Positions 49,101-63,070 of a stretch of DNA of 64,000 bases are shown here, in pieces; position 1 is the first letter of the stretch; each line of letters opens with the position of its first letter. A program made the translations under genes and the position numbers. The DNA is from Azolla caroliniana (lineage: Eukaryota; Plantae; Polypodiophyta): the NCBI GenBank assembly GCA_043228905.1, contig JBHGNT010000014.1:17670001-17734000 (forward strand). The letters are read 5' to 3'. The notes below the pieces were generated by a model that was given only the letters and a program-made list of their open reading frames with translations, was not told the origin of the DNA and ran no database searches.

Positions 49101-52100
49101 AATGTTTGATAGTACCATTGGTAACAACAAAATCCAATAAAGGATGCAACTCACAAGTAACTGACATATTGTTGGTATTGGAAGGTATAATTAAAACTTT
49201 CACGCCCATTGTTTCGTCTTCTTTCAATTCACCATTTGAGTTTTACCCCCATAAATTGTATTTCCTAAGACTCCTTTTTTGTTACTGCCCTTTAGCCCCT
49301 AATGACGACACTATCATCTTTTCACGCTTCATGTCTTAAATGTAATGATGCATTTGTTATGAGCTTTAAAAATACATTGATGGATTGAAATTGTACACCT
49401 TTAGTTTTGAAACCCATAAATATTATATAAATTTTTGTCCAAACACTCTCCCTCTACTTTTTCATATCAAAGGTTGTACCCCAGTTGTCGCAACGTTTTT
49501 ATCAACCCCACACAAGAGCTCAAATCTCTTCATTTGCCTTAGTCACTAAATGCCAATGCAGAATGTAGGGCTTGAAGTAATTACCTTCTAGCCTTTATTG
49601 GCGAAACAAGCGACATTAATCCCTCCCACACTAGGGAGAGTGTTTTGTAATGATCCTTTGTCCCATGGGTCATGTTAATTGATGATGGACATTAATAAAT
49701 CATCTTCTTCGTAATGAGCACTACTCTTGTTGTGATCCATGTTTTTAATTAACCTATACATGGGTCAAAACTCGATAAATACACCAATTTACAAAATGCC
49801 ACTTATGAATGTTATAATCAAACACTTCACCTCCGTTAGACAACCTGTACCAACTAAGTGAGCTCATTACATCTATTTGGGCTCACTCTCCTTTTTTGTA
49901 TTGGGAAAATGCTCTAGTGGTAAGCCACATCTTTATCCCATATGCCAAAGATAAAATTTTAATTAATGGTTGAACTACATGCATTGCTTTAGTACATGTC
50001 AATATGGGATGTTAAGGGTTGAACCCATAACCTCTCTCTCTCTCTCTCTCTCTCTCTCTAGTAAAGTTATTGAACATTGACAATCAGTACTCACTTTCAC
50101 ATACATTATGTGACAAATGTTATATTTTTTGTCTCATAGGTCATAATTGACCTTTGAAGACAATAATAAAATCTATATCTATCTAGTGTGAAAATGATTT
50201 GCCATCCACCACTTAAAAGTGGGGGATAGGGTTTATTATGCATTGGAGAACATATTTATAGTAGGGAAATTAAACCCTTTTTCCCACACAATCCTTAAGA
50301 CTTACATAAGTTACTCCTCTTAATTCACTATGTGCACTCTCAATTTGCAATATTACTTGGTGAAATACTTCATTTTGATCCGAATGTCATATTTGCCTCT
50401 GAAGACGGTAATATAATGCCCAAGCATGTGGTATTTTTTGGAAACTTACAAGTGAGGACATTGAGAGTTACACAAGTAAGCCCACTCGTTTGTCTAACCA
50501 AACTCATAGAATAGTTTATTATTGGGAATGTCGTAATAATGCTTTTGTATGCACAAATGATGTGGTGTTTAGCAAGTACTTCATAGTTACCAAATATATG
50601 AGTGGAACCGCATGCACAATAACTTATGATTCTCAAAACTCACAATATGGATAAACCACACATTATGTCTACCACTTACTATAATTGAAATCTTCAAATA
50701 CTCTAGAAGTTCCTTCCAATCAAATAGGAATGAATGTGCTACTCACCTCTTCGAAGTGAGAAAGAGAACTTACAATGCATTTTGAGAGCATATTGAATAG
50801 AGGATATACCAAATGTAGGCTTAAAAGAAATACATGTCTGACACTTTGGAAACAATATTGCATCTCTATGGAGGTGGTGACACATGTATGAATACAAATA
50901 ACCATGGTAAAAAAACAAGTTGCACAATTTGCAATTATTAAGAGTTGGCTCACAAGTCACTACACGTGAATATTTCCCTAGGCAGCCATAAGCTTTTGTA
51001 CATCTTAAATATTCATAGGAAGCACCACATCGTTCACATATAACAAGAGCATTGTGATTGTATTCCTAATGGTAAACTTTACAATACCTTCTTGTACAAA
51101 CTTAGCCAAAATATTAAAATACATCAATGCATACTCCAATGAGAGGTGGTGGTGAGAGTGGAAAATCTTGCTAAAAGGCTCTCAAAGTACAGAACGAATG
51201 TAAGTTTGAAGAGAGATGTCCATAAGTTGTAGACAACCAAATAGAGATTGTCTAGGGGATTGCTTGAAGAAGCTAAATTCTAATAGTTGGTCTTGGCAAA
51301 AGAACTTATGATTACAAGACACCTAAATGGTTCACAATGCCCAAAATATTATCCTCATTAATACATGTGCTCAGATCAATCATGTGGCCCAATGGCTACA
51401 ATGACATGCCATGCCACTTTATATATTGCAATCTTTTAGAAGTTCGGAACCAAATAGAGATCCTTATATATCCATCAAGCTTCCAAATATTACATGCCAC
51501 TGGTTAGTATCCCATTAGCCAAATTACTCGGTTTCTAAATCAGTAATTATTTATGCCAGCATCCTTTCCGAAAATGATGCTTTGTAAAGCAAATTTCGGC
51601 AATAAAGTTGCTTTTCTAAATACTTTCTGCATTTCTCATTATTTTACAGGTATTCTATTCGCCTTGATTTCAATTCTCGCACTAGTAATTTAAGTCTTAC
51701 TAAAAAAATGACAAACTTCCTTGACACAATAGTGCTAATCAATCATTATTTTGAAATCTGACCTCCTACACACACAACGTATGCAAGAAATGGAAAGCAT
51801 ATATTCTTAGATGAGAGAGAGAGAGAGATGTTAACACACATCGAGACTCGTATCCTGCTGCACAACACTGGAGAGATGTATTACTATGAGGCATGTCTTT
51901 AATATGACAAAAGACATTTGTTAGGACATCCACATGTTTCAAGATCTCCATCCAATCTAAACAATAAATATAAATAGAAAGCAAACCTGATTTCTCTCAT
52001 TGGCAAAGGAATGGAATGAATCACTATGGCTCTATCTTTTGGCAGGCCAAAAGATACCAAGGTGCATAAAAAAGAATTAAAGAATGAAACATTACAAATG

Positions 52101-52179
52101 GTGCACCATCCAAGCGGAACCAATAGTATCCCAGTAGCCTCTCTAGGAATTATATCAGAAAAATTCAATCTATACAAGA

Positions 52180-55100
52180 TTAGTTTACCATACACGTGCC
52201 AGATTCGGCATGTGTGAGTCCAATTTCCTCTGGGTGGATTGAATGAATCAGTGATATTAACTTCATAACCGTTTCATCAAGCAAACCTGTGAACCTCCAG
52301 ACTGTTAACTCTGCATCCCTTTTGACACTTTGGTTATCCAACTGTGATATATTCCTCTTGAATTTCATGAACAAACCACCATTTGCGGAGTCCCAAACCT
52401 GATAAGACAAAATAAAAAGACTGAAAACCTGAGAAAACAGCATGCTAGAGGAAAATTCCAAAGTTAACTTTTAAAAATGAAAAAAAAAAACATATTGACA
52501 AAAGAAGATGCTAGAGAAAAATTCCAAATCTACTTGTGAAAAATGAATAAAAGAACAAGAAGACCAACGAGATTCCAAAGCTTATTTGTAATGATTGAAG
52601 AAAAACATATTCAGAAGCAAAATGCCAGAGAAATCCTAAAGCTTTATGGAACTAAATGAGAAGAAATATATAGAAGAAAACGAGATCACAGAATTTCCAA
52701 AGCAAGATTAAGACAATTTCGAAAGCTAGAGAGAAATGATAGAAAAAGCATCTTGAGAAAAAAGGCTAGAGAACTCCCAAATCTTGACAAGTCCAAATCG
52801 AGAGAAAGAACGTTAAATATAATAAAAAAAGTCAAACAGAATTTTCCACGCTTGCTTGTAAAAAATGTTAGAGAAAAGCATACTGAGAAATCCTGAATCT
52901 TTACAAATGCAAAATGAGAGATATTCAAAGAAATCAAGATGTTGGACACAATGTCCAAAGCTAGTGAAAATTGATAGAAAAAGAACATTGAAGAGAACAT
53001 CTTAAGATAGAAGAGGAAGTCAAAAGCTTACTTGAACGAGATCATAGACATCAGCTACTGCCTCAACTATGAAGTATGGTTGCTGGACAGCATCCAAATG
53101 TACTGATGATACACCAAACTTAACGAGATCTTCAATGCATACGAAGATATAATGTGAGATCAATACAACTGCTCTTGTGACCCGTGACATTTCTGTCCAT
53201 TATGAAATGTTACCGGACAACATCAGAAAAAAGATGCCAACGTTCATTAAGGTGGCACACAACCCTTCGAAAAAGGAAGTCTACACAGCCTTAATATCAT
53301 ATAAAGATGCTAAAAAAACCAAAGACCCACAGGTATTGATAACAATGTTATTGTCACATATACCAAAACTAAGTATTTGTAAGTTCAAATACAAAACATT
53401 CTCATTGAGAAATATCTAAATTGCCTTAAAATTGTATAAGAATTAAGTTTTACACATTGCATATTTGAACATAGCTATCCCAAGACAATAAAATCTGGCG
53501 TTAAACTTATGAAACCGTACCTGTTGAGCCTTCTGGGCAGAAAAATGCCAGGAAATACATCAAGAGATTTGATTTCACAGAACGAAGTACAAGCTTTTCA
53601 AACAATGCATGTTGTTCCTGCTCCCAGCTACATAAATAAAATAAGATACAGGTAAGCATCATAAAATCCAAGGATTTTTGTCAAGAAAATGCCTCTTGGA
53701 TTAGCTATAAGATTGTATTCTACCTTTCCACATCAGGAAAAATACTGGAACCCTCCAATCTCCAAAGCATCTCAAATATTTCTCTTGATTTGCCTATATC
53801 ACGTGTCACAAATAGGTATGATGCAGCATGGCCTATGTCAAGCCTGTGTCCATTAAAACATTCTTATTTTCAGAAAAATGTCAACATCATAAAAACATGG
53901 GAAAAACACTGAAATACTCATTATCTTTTTCTCCAAATTTCCCTAAGTTTTCATTATTTCCTGCTCCAGAGGGATTTGACATGTGGCATTTGGGAAAATA
54001 ATAAATTTAGGGGCATTTGGAGAGAGCAAAAAATAACACGCTGGGGTATTCCGCTGTTTTTCCCTAGCATATGAATGAGTGCTGGAGAGAGGTCTTACCT
54101 TAAGGCTTGCAACCCCAACCCAACTGTAACTTTTTTCAATTCTTGAAGTTGATGAGAAGCTATCACATGAAATCCAAGATCTGAAAATTTTCGAACACTT
54201 TCAGTGCGAATAATAAGATAAAGATTAAATTATAGGTAGTAGTGATCAACTGCATTTCTATTTCTTAAAAGAGCTTTCATATTATTTCCAGCCTTCATTT
54301 ATTTTAGGAAAAGAAAGAAATATTATTGCTGAGAGGGAGAATATTCTTGTCTAAGACGCACAGATACATACAGTGGAAGAATAATGTGAACTGTAACAAC
54401 AATCATCATAACATCAGAAAGCTAAAACAAAAGAGCAGAAAACCAAAAGAATGTGAATATACATAAATGTAATCATGATCTTAAGCATGCTGATCAGGAA
54501 AACTGCAACTTTATAATCTCAGTAAAAAATCAATAGTTCATATTTGCAAAGAGGCTTTCTTATCTTTCAAATTGACAAGATATATACACCAAGTACCTGA
54601 GTACTTAGAGAGTTTGGCAGTCCTTAAGTTTGATTCCATCAGTATGTACAGTTTGTCTGTGCTGCTCAATAAGAGGTGAATATCCCTACATTTTGCAAAC
54701 AGCTTTTGGATCACATCTGGTTCAGAAATATAAATGAAGTGTAAACATGATGTGAATCTTCGGCCATTTCTGAGACTCTTAAATACAAATCTACATATTT
54801 AACTATGACTTAAGTTATGCAACTAGGTTCACTGACCTCTTTAGCCAAGGGCAAGATAGAGACATTTGCATTTGCTTCAAAAATAATAAGTTTGTTTACA
54901 GAAAGGGCTCATTGATTTTCTTGATGGAATTTAGATGTGAGAAGACCTAATATGCTTGGTCATTCTACTAAAGCTGTAACAAAAAATGCTGTTCAATGAA
55001 CAAAATTTTCAAAACAGTAACCTGAAGATTTCCTTGATTGAATAAAGAAATGTGTGTGAAGGGAGCACAAGTTTGAACTACAATTTGGGCCATACAGAAG

Positions 55101-58100
55101 CTTTTGGCTAGACAAGAACCAGTACAGATGTTGCAAACAGTCGCCAAAACTTCCTCCCCTCCACGTATTATGTTTTTATGATGATACCAAGTCTAGATAG
55201 TAACGTATCTCTTCAGTACGAGATTTTAGATATTTTACATGAACATAATTCATATCAAAATTTGGATTTCCAAAACAAACAATCAATGTAAGTCAGTGCT
55301 ACAGAGAAGAATCTCTGACCTACAAAACCAATAAGAATCTATGTTGGACAACCTCCTGATCATAGCCACTGTCCATCATGTACCCCAGGCTGGGCCAGTT
55401 ATCCACTTCCTCATGTTGACCTTGTGCTATCCTAGCCTCATGATTACTCCACTACCTCTCTAGCTAGTGGTGATCATCCTACCATAAATGAAGCAAAGGC
55501 AGCACCTATTCTGACTATGCTCCTAAGCTGGGTCTCTCTACAACATATACATAACATGCTTCCCCCCCCCCCCCACCCTTCAGAACCATTGATATCCACA
55601 TCAATGAGTTTGGAATAGAAGCTTGTAAGCTTCTGATACCATGCATGTTATGTCCAGTATAGAGAGGGAATCCTCTAAGGGTTGGTATCAATGCCAGCCA
55701 AACTACATGAAAAGACTCATCCCAACTATGTTCTTAGCTAGTACAACTTCTCCAAATGGACATGATAGTGTCATAATGCAAAATTTGTTGTCCATTATGT
55801 GATCTAGCTCTCCATTGCACGTATATATTTCAACATTATATATGCTTATGACATTTCAAAATCTGTTTTTAAAATACCTGGCAACCATGATTACATGATA
55901 TATTATGAAACTCCTATCATATGCAGACAATATATTGCTATTAGCCAGAATGATACAGGGTTTGCAGAAGATTTTATTTGCCTTAAATCGTCCTGTAAAG
56001 AACTGAGGGCAACAATAAAAGCAATGCAGAGGTAATGGTAGCAGAATTTCAGTAAAAGGTAGTGACACTATTTGTTGGGATATCCTTGAGCCAGGAGATG
56101 CACATACTTTGGTATCAAATTCACAACAGTATTTGTAAAATAGTCACAGGAGGCATGAGAACTTTGTAACGCTCAATGATTCTATTGTTAAGTAACCATA
56201 TATGATTTTGGTCACTCAGAAATATTATGTTTAAAACACTAATGTAAACCACCATTCTCTATGCTTATCCAGCATTGTACAGGTTATAGCAAAAAGATAG
56301 TCAGAAGTGGAGAATCCAAAAAACAGCTATTGTTACAGGGGTTGGGAAGAAAACATAGACTCCAATTAAGATGATGCTAGTCGAACATGGTTTATTTACA
56401 CTGGAAGTGGAAGGTTTGTACCAGCCATTTGAATACCTTGCCAGGGTAACAAACATGGACAACTTGGGTCCTGTGGAGCATTGCTATTGACACTATCAGA
56501 GATAGGAATTCAGAGTAGTTACCATGTAGGTAGATAAACATGCAGCAACACTCAGATGTTGGAAAGGAATGAGTTTTATAGACAAGCAATATCCGTACAG
56601 TTATATATACTGAACAAAACTGTCTCAATGCTGGTATAGGCCATGTGAGACAAATGAGTAGAAATTTGTGGACCAAGCCTTTATCAGGCTCATAACTGGA
56701 CATATTTAGATAGACCTTTAGTCTCAATGATCTCCTTCATGATAAGATTGAGATTACCTTCATGATAAGGAGCAAAGCATAGGTCATTCCGGATTTAATG
56801 AATACACATCACTACTTGAAAAAGTATCTCTGTGATGACCATTGGGGCTGCTCCCAACCCACCTCTAACTATCTACCGTGATACTAATGTTTTTCTCCTT
56901 ATCATGCAGGCAATCACCATAACTTCCAGCCTTTCAATGTTTTTCCAATATTCTGCAGTGCAGAGACATGATGAGAGAGATGCCTAGTCTTTGTTGTTGA
57001 AAGAATTGTTGCAGATAGAGAATTAAGAGGGCATGTAGAAGATCCATGACGACAAGAGGCAAGGAGGTCGTCGATCGTAGGCTGCTTAAACCGAAACTCA
57101 AGGATCTCCTCCTGACACTCTACCATCATATTTGATTTCGTTTCATCTTATTCATCAATTTCTTGTTCAAGCCACCATAAAAGAGGGTCTGAGGATTGTA
57201 TCCACTATCGTGATATATTTGCCTAGAATTTAAGCAATTTTGTATTTTTATTATTTTGAAATAATGTAGAACCTAATGTTGAAGGTCAAGATGTGTATTA
57301 AGTGAAACATAAGATAAAAAGGAAGGGTGTTGCCATGTAAAGGGACACAATAAGTACTAATGGTAAGGCATTACCAAAAGATAATTTGAGAATGAATGAG
57401 GGCTTTAAGAGAAATCCTTAGCAAAAGCAAGTGTGAAATCAGAAATGTCTAACCAGTTACAATTTGATAATTCAAGTAGGATGTTGCAGCAACCTCAAAT
57501 TAATCAAGGATTTCATACTCGTGGAAATCAGAGATTGTCAAACCAGTTACAATTTCACACTTGGCAAAAACAAGTGCGAAATCAGAGATTGTCTAACCAA
57601 TTACAATTTGATACTTCACGCAGGATGGTGCAACCTCAATTTAATCAAGGATTTCATACTTGTGGGGCTGGACAACAAAACTCTATGATTGGTGGAGGGG
57701 ATGTAGTACATGAAAATCCTGATGCAGATCTTGAACTAGTAGTTAGTACATTTATGCATACACTTGCTCATAAAGAGCACTAGAGGTTATAATGAAAGTG
57801 TTGAACTAGGTGGTTGCTTTACTCAGTAGGTTGGTAGCATATCACTAATCTTGGCCCCTAAGAGAGGATTGTTATTGGGCATCTCCTCAAAAGAAATATA
57901 AATATAATGGAAAACTTTATTTAATGGGGAATGGGGTGTTTTATGTGCAGTTGAACAAGTGTCACAAATTTAGCCTGATTTGTGATATATTGCTTTGATA
58001 TTGCACATATTATGCACGTAAGGTATCACACTATTATTCAGGTGTAGTCATGATTATTCGTGATTTGTTTTGTCCACATATAGTCTATAATGATCCATAT

Positions 58101-60936
58101 GAAGGCTTTTTGGTGATGGAAGTCAAGAACATTGATGTTTTGATATGGTTGGTAGGAATTTATGCACCCAACACTGCTAATGAATGCATCAACTTTCCCC
58201 AAAGCTGCATATCCTCTAGAGGTTCTGGCTATGGATGCTCTTTCAAGGAGAAACAGGGCACTGTGAATGTGACTGCCAAATATACATATGACTGTCTGTA
58301 CTCAACTAGCTGCCCATTAAATAGAAACTAAAGTTCAAGTATTACTTGTAAGAATAATGAAATAAATCAGCACTCTTTCATACCTCTCTCGAGGAGACTC
58401 CTCCCAGAGCCGAATGCAGCCACACTTAATATGTCCAAAACAAATTTCGCCTTCTTCTGAATTTGCAATTTTCAGGTTAAAAAACTTCTCAACTGGGTCC
58501 TCACAGTTGCTACCTGAGTCAAAGACTCCATCATTCAGTAATGTTGTAGTTATTCTGCCCTCTTTCATAATCCTCCGATGCTCAAGACCTCCATATTCTG
58601 CATTGCAAGATGATGAAAGCCTCTCAATCATGTTGCATTTAGCATTAAGTTTTTATTCAAAGGGACGAGTCTCACCATTTACTTTTCCTGTCCACACTTT
58701 GCTTAGTTTCTTTTGCTTGGACTTGGCAACAATCATTTCAGAGGTGAGCTGATTTTGGCCACCTACAGATTTAGCGTTAATATCATTAATGTATGATGTA
58801 TTCGAATGATTAGTTTGCAGTGCCTCTGCAGCCTTTTCCTTCGGTATATGATGGCAATCTGAAGAAGCTACTAATTCTTGGACATCCAATGACTCTTTAA
58901 CACTATGATTCCCCATGTCATTTGCTACCTCACTGGAACTCAAAGGTTGGTATTGCCAAATGTTATGATAATCCCAAGGTTCATGATCATTTGAAATGGA
59001 CGAGCTAGATGTTGTAATAAAGCTGATATCACTATCACACTCACTTTCACCAGACGAAGATGTCCAACCTGAAACTATGGAGAAATGCAATAATTCATCT
59101 TCCAAATCTGGGTGTTTTTGCAGAACATCTTCGTGGTAATGAGGAGGGGATGCCCTAAGATGTCCTGGTGTTCGTTGTGACCCTACTACCTCATGAATGA
59201 GTTTCCAAGGATCAAAGCTTCCATTCACACCGTTCTGATCATCATCTGCTACATCCATGATATTGTCTGCATTTTTCACACCTGATGTTTCTAAAAATCC
59301 GGTAGAATTATCCCATTCCGAACTAGCAGAAGTGTGAGTTCCAGATTCACCCTCATCGAGGCCTTCACTGAGCATAAAACTAACTTCTTGATTGCTCAAA
59401 TATTTATTGTGTTCCCTTTCTCTTACCGAGTCTTCATTATTGTTAGGCCCATTTGTCAAGGTTTCCTTCAAACTTCTATGTTTCTGCCTCTTCCGACTCC
59501 TACTCCAAAACTTCCGCAATTTTTTGAAATCCAGATCTCCCAACTTTGAATGTTCCTTTCGAAAATCATAGCTTGGATGGCCCTGTCCAGAAGGGAGCAC
59601 ACTATTATCCAAAAGTACACGTAATTCTTGAAGCCAGTATATAGATTTTTCCATCTTCAATATTTCTGCCTTTTGCATGAGCCGAATTGCATCTAGTTTA
59701 AGTTGATCATTGTCATCTAAAAGCTCATGTTTCCTTTCTTTTACATCTACAGAGAGGTTGCTAGACATGGGAAATCCTGAGGAGTCACTGTCTTCCACTT
59801 CATTTGCATGCAGTTGTGCATCATCTATTAAAGCAAGCCTTGATAACTTTGTCTAAAAAGATAAAACAACAATTTTAGTTGGCATTAAAATTTATTCGTT
59901 TACTTAAGTTTCATAAAATAGTTTACCCGTGAATCATAGTTTCCTATATCATATGCATGTTGTCGATCCTCAGCTGGGGTGTAAGATCCATATACTGCTT
60001 TAATCTTTTGCCGACTTGAGATAAATTTTTTCACCCTCCATAGCTCTGACATTGAAACTTTTTTTCCATCCAAGTAAACCTGGCTGATTTTCATTATTTC
60101 TTATTGCTACTTTAGATAAACTCAATCACTTATTTTATGAACTAACCAATGCACTACCTTGGTGGGATCTGGAAAGAAACTGAAAACTTCTTCTCTGTAA
60201 AATTTACATGCAGTTATTGGATTTCCTTCCAGCAAAATAGTCTGAAGAGACGGAATTGTAGCCATTGATTGAATCTCTTTAAATTTGGAGATCAGGTTGT
60301 TTGAAAGATCGATTGCCTCTAAAGAAGTTAGTGCAGCAATCCCATGCAAATTCACAAGGGCATTATTCTTCAGCACCAATTTTGTAATTTGACTTTTGAT
60401 CTACACATCATCAACCATCATGTACATCTCATTAAGAAAAGGATATGTAGAATAATAAAACTCCAAAATAACTCTGATTTTTTCTTTAGTTTCAAAAATG
60501 GCCCTGATATTTTTCACTATTTTCCAAAATACCCTTGATCAATCCATTCCCTTCTTTTTCTCATTTGGGGGTTGGCCAGGGGCATTTGAGGAAATAACAA
60601 AAAACATTAACATATCCCCTATCTTTTCCTAAAATAAAATCTTATTGGTTGAATATATTTTCCCTCTCCCTGTTGTACCTGTTTTAGGGATGAAATGTTC
60701 CGCAGTTGATTAAATCCAAGATCCAAGTACCTCAACTTTCCACAGCAATGTAGATTTGCTGTTTTTGCAAAATGATTCCTACTGAGATCCAAGAACTCAA
60801 CAGCCGGCAGTAGCTGTAAAGAATCATCCATAAGAACCATGCCATTGTTTGAACACGAGACAAATGTTAGCCGAGTCCAAACTTGAGACTTCTGTACTTC
60901 CTGAATGCGCTCTGTGAAAATGTGCCTTAATGCATC
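52180..60936 (-). CDS. LRR protein of the STK11IP-like family (plant 'outer arm dynein light chain 1' annotation), 5'-incomplete; exons 60936-60679, 60400-60158, 60079-59927, 59852-58676, 58597-58384, 54685-54597, 54180-54099, 53843-53724, 53627-53521, 53192-53032, 52398-52180
   Basis: DALRHIFTERI...WTRLTFVSCSNNGMVLMDDSLQLLPAVEFLDLSRNHF, LRRs ending LEGNPI..CKFYREEVFSFF, SPPHYHEDVL, RDIHLLLSSTDKLYIL, VGLGLQALR, YLFVTRD, VCIEDL. All junctions are GT-AG and phase-consistent. The first exon lies beyond the window. Confidence 0.88.
55342..55834 (-). mobile_element. TRIM-like LTR retroelement relic in an intron
   Basis: Minus-strand PBS TGGTATCAGA (55632-55641) and G-run PPT (about 55560-55578) lie within 90 bp, each abutting TGTTATG/CATAACA LTR-type termini. 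The two flanks are not clearly similar to each other. Confidence 0.45.
57330..58250 (+). mobile_element. Degenerate L1-like fragment (repeat-rich ORF1-like piece plus endonuclease remnant)
   Basis: Tandem NQRLSNQLQF / QFNQGFHT repeats (57420-57665) and WLVGIYAPNTANE, resembling the L1 endonuclease IYAPN motif. Confidence 0.45.
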
Positions 60937-62009
60937 CTATATTAAATAGAGATAACATCAGAAAATGGCATGAAATTTGAAAGAGGCGTTTTGCTGTCTC
61001 TTTATGATAGATTGAATCCAATCCGATACCAGGAAACCGGTTATGATCATCACCAACACATTCTCTTTTTAATCTATTCAACATATTTATCCAGAAATGT
61101 AAATCTTTAATTTGATGTCAACCCACCAAATTCATTATAATATAATGATTAAAGCAAGCAGATTCCATTATAGCAATTCCAATCTCAATTTAACAATGGC
61201 ACTGATCAAAACATAAACACAAAAAGGTACAGGAACAACTTTTAAGAGGCCAAAATGGTTTATAAGACCAAAAGATTACATCTTAACATGCTGCCTCGTC
61301 TTTAAGAAAAAACCAAAGTAACTACAACTAAATATACTATATAAGAAAATCTAGTTATATAAGCACTTAAGATTCCAAACTTAGAGGGACTGAAAGTTTT
61401 GCCATTGAATATGGGCTGCTCCAAGATGAGGAGATCTCCGAAGTGATGGAAACAACTCTCATGTTGGGTGATCCTGGTCTAGATGGTTGTGGCCTACGTG
61501 CACAATACAATTCTATTGCCCAATTTATTGTAACTCCTTTTGAGTGTCTTAATCAAGACCCCACTTGGGTAGTTGATTAATTTGTAGCAGGAGTGAGATC
61601 ACAAAGCCATTTGGAAAATCCAAACTTGGAAATGCAGTAAGTACACATGTCACCAGGTCCTAAAAGCTAGAGAAATGCAATTTTTGCAAAGTATGATTTG
61701 GACTGGATTTGAGATGACAAGTTCAACAAGGTGTTTGAACACAGACTCCTTGGGGCATGTGTGTTAAGGCCCACCATTGACTTAATTAATGAGAGATGCC
61801 TTTGCATTGAATGAAGTAGATACCTAAGATATCCCAAAAACTGTCCCATCATTAGTAGGTTGTTCTTAACTGCTGTGTACTTGCATAGAAGTTCTATATA
61901 AACCAAGTCCATGCTCTTGGATAAAGCTTTGACTACATGTTCATTGAATCTTATTATCCTTGATTTAGAATTCTTTTATGCCTAGAATTATTTGTAATAC
62001 ATTGTCCTG

Positions 62010-63070
62010 GTGAATCTATGGCTTGATCCTAGAATCAGAACTGAGCCTATGGGCAGAGAGAAATGGCTGCCGTTCAGCTGAACAGACAGACTTTCAGAAG
62101 GAGTTCACAACTTTGGATCACATATTGATCGTCTGAGCGAGGACTTATTTTTGCTTTGTGGATTTCGGAAAAGCCTTCAACACTGTACCACATGCTTAGC
62201 TCATGCAGCGGCTAGACGCCCCTGGTCTCCCAATAGGTTGTCAGAGGCTGTGACTAGCACAATTGGAGTAAAACAAAGATGCCTACTATAACCCACTACA
62301 TTTGGTCTCTATTTAGATGAGGTATCACATTACATAGAGAGATTAGGCAGTTCAGGAACATACCTAACAGGTATAGCCGTAAAAATATTACTATATGATG
62401 ATGATATTGTCCTGATCTCCAACAGTCCAAAGCAACTACAAAGACATCTAAACACCTTAAAAGTATTTTGTGTACAGACAAGGTTTGTCGGTAAACATTG
62501 ATCAAACTAAAGTGATGCCATTTAAAACAACTCAAGCATGTGTAACAAGATCAGCATCAGAATTCTCCTTGGGAGAGGAAAACGTGGCATCCACTCAATC
62601 CTACACATACCTAGGAGTAACATTCAAAGGGCCTTGGTTCTTCTAATAGAAGGTTGCTTGTGCTCAACTTTCTCGTGGATATGCAGCCCTTGGTGCTCTT
62701 GAACATGTAGTGCACATTTACAATTCCAAGAGCCACGAACTAAATTGTGGCTATTTGATACACTTGTCATACCAACTCTTCTCTATGGAGTAGAAACCTG
62801 GAGACCGAATCTTAACAAGGCAAATAACTGGAAAGATTTAGAAGAGCTCTAGTCTCAATGATTGCCCACATGATAAGGAGTGAACCATCTGTGCCCCGTG
62901 ATATAATCTGAGCAAAGATGGAACCAGCCCCAATTATTACCGAGGCATTATTCCAATCAATGACCAACATCCAACGGCTTTGGGAGCTCCCTAAACAAAG
63001 GTACTTGTGAAGTCAATTTTTGCTTGGAAGAAAAGATCGTGGTAAATACATTGGATGCTAAGATGTATAA
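62010..63070 (+). mobile_element. Degenerate non-LTR retrotransposon RT (RTE/RTE-X-like) in intron 1 of the LRR gene
   Basis: Broken frames give WAERNG.RS.EQ, FCFVDFGKAFNTVPH, GVKQRC...FGLYLDE, LLYDDDIVLIS.SPKQLQRHLNTL, YTYLGVTF, LWLFDTLVIPTLLYGVETW. Confidence 0.8.

Noticed and set aside
58632-58655. Premature stop making the LRR gene a pseudogene
   Set aside because: A canonical 78-nt GT-AG intron removes it in frame and all downstream exons are intact.
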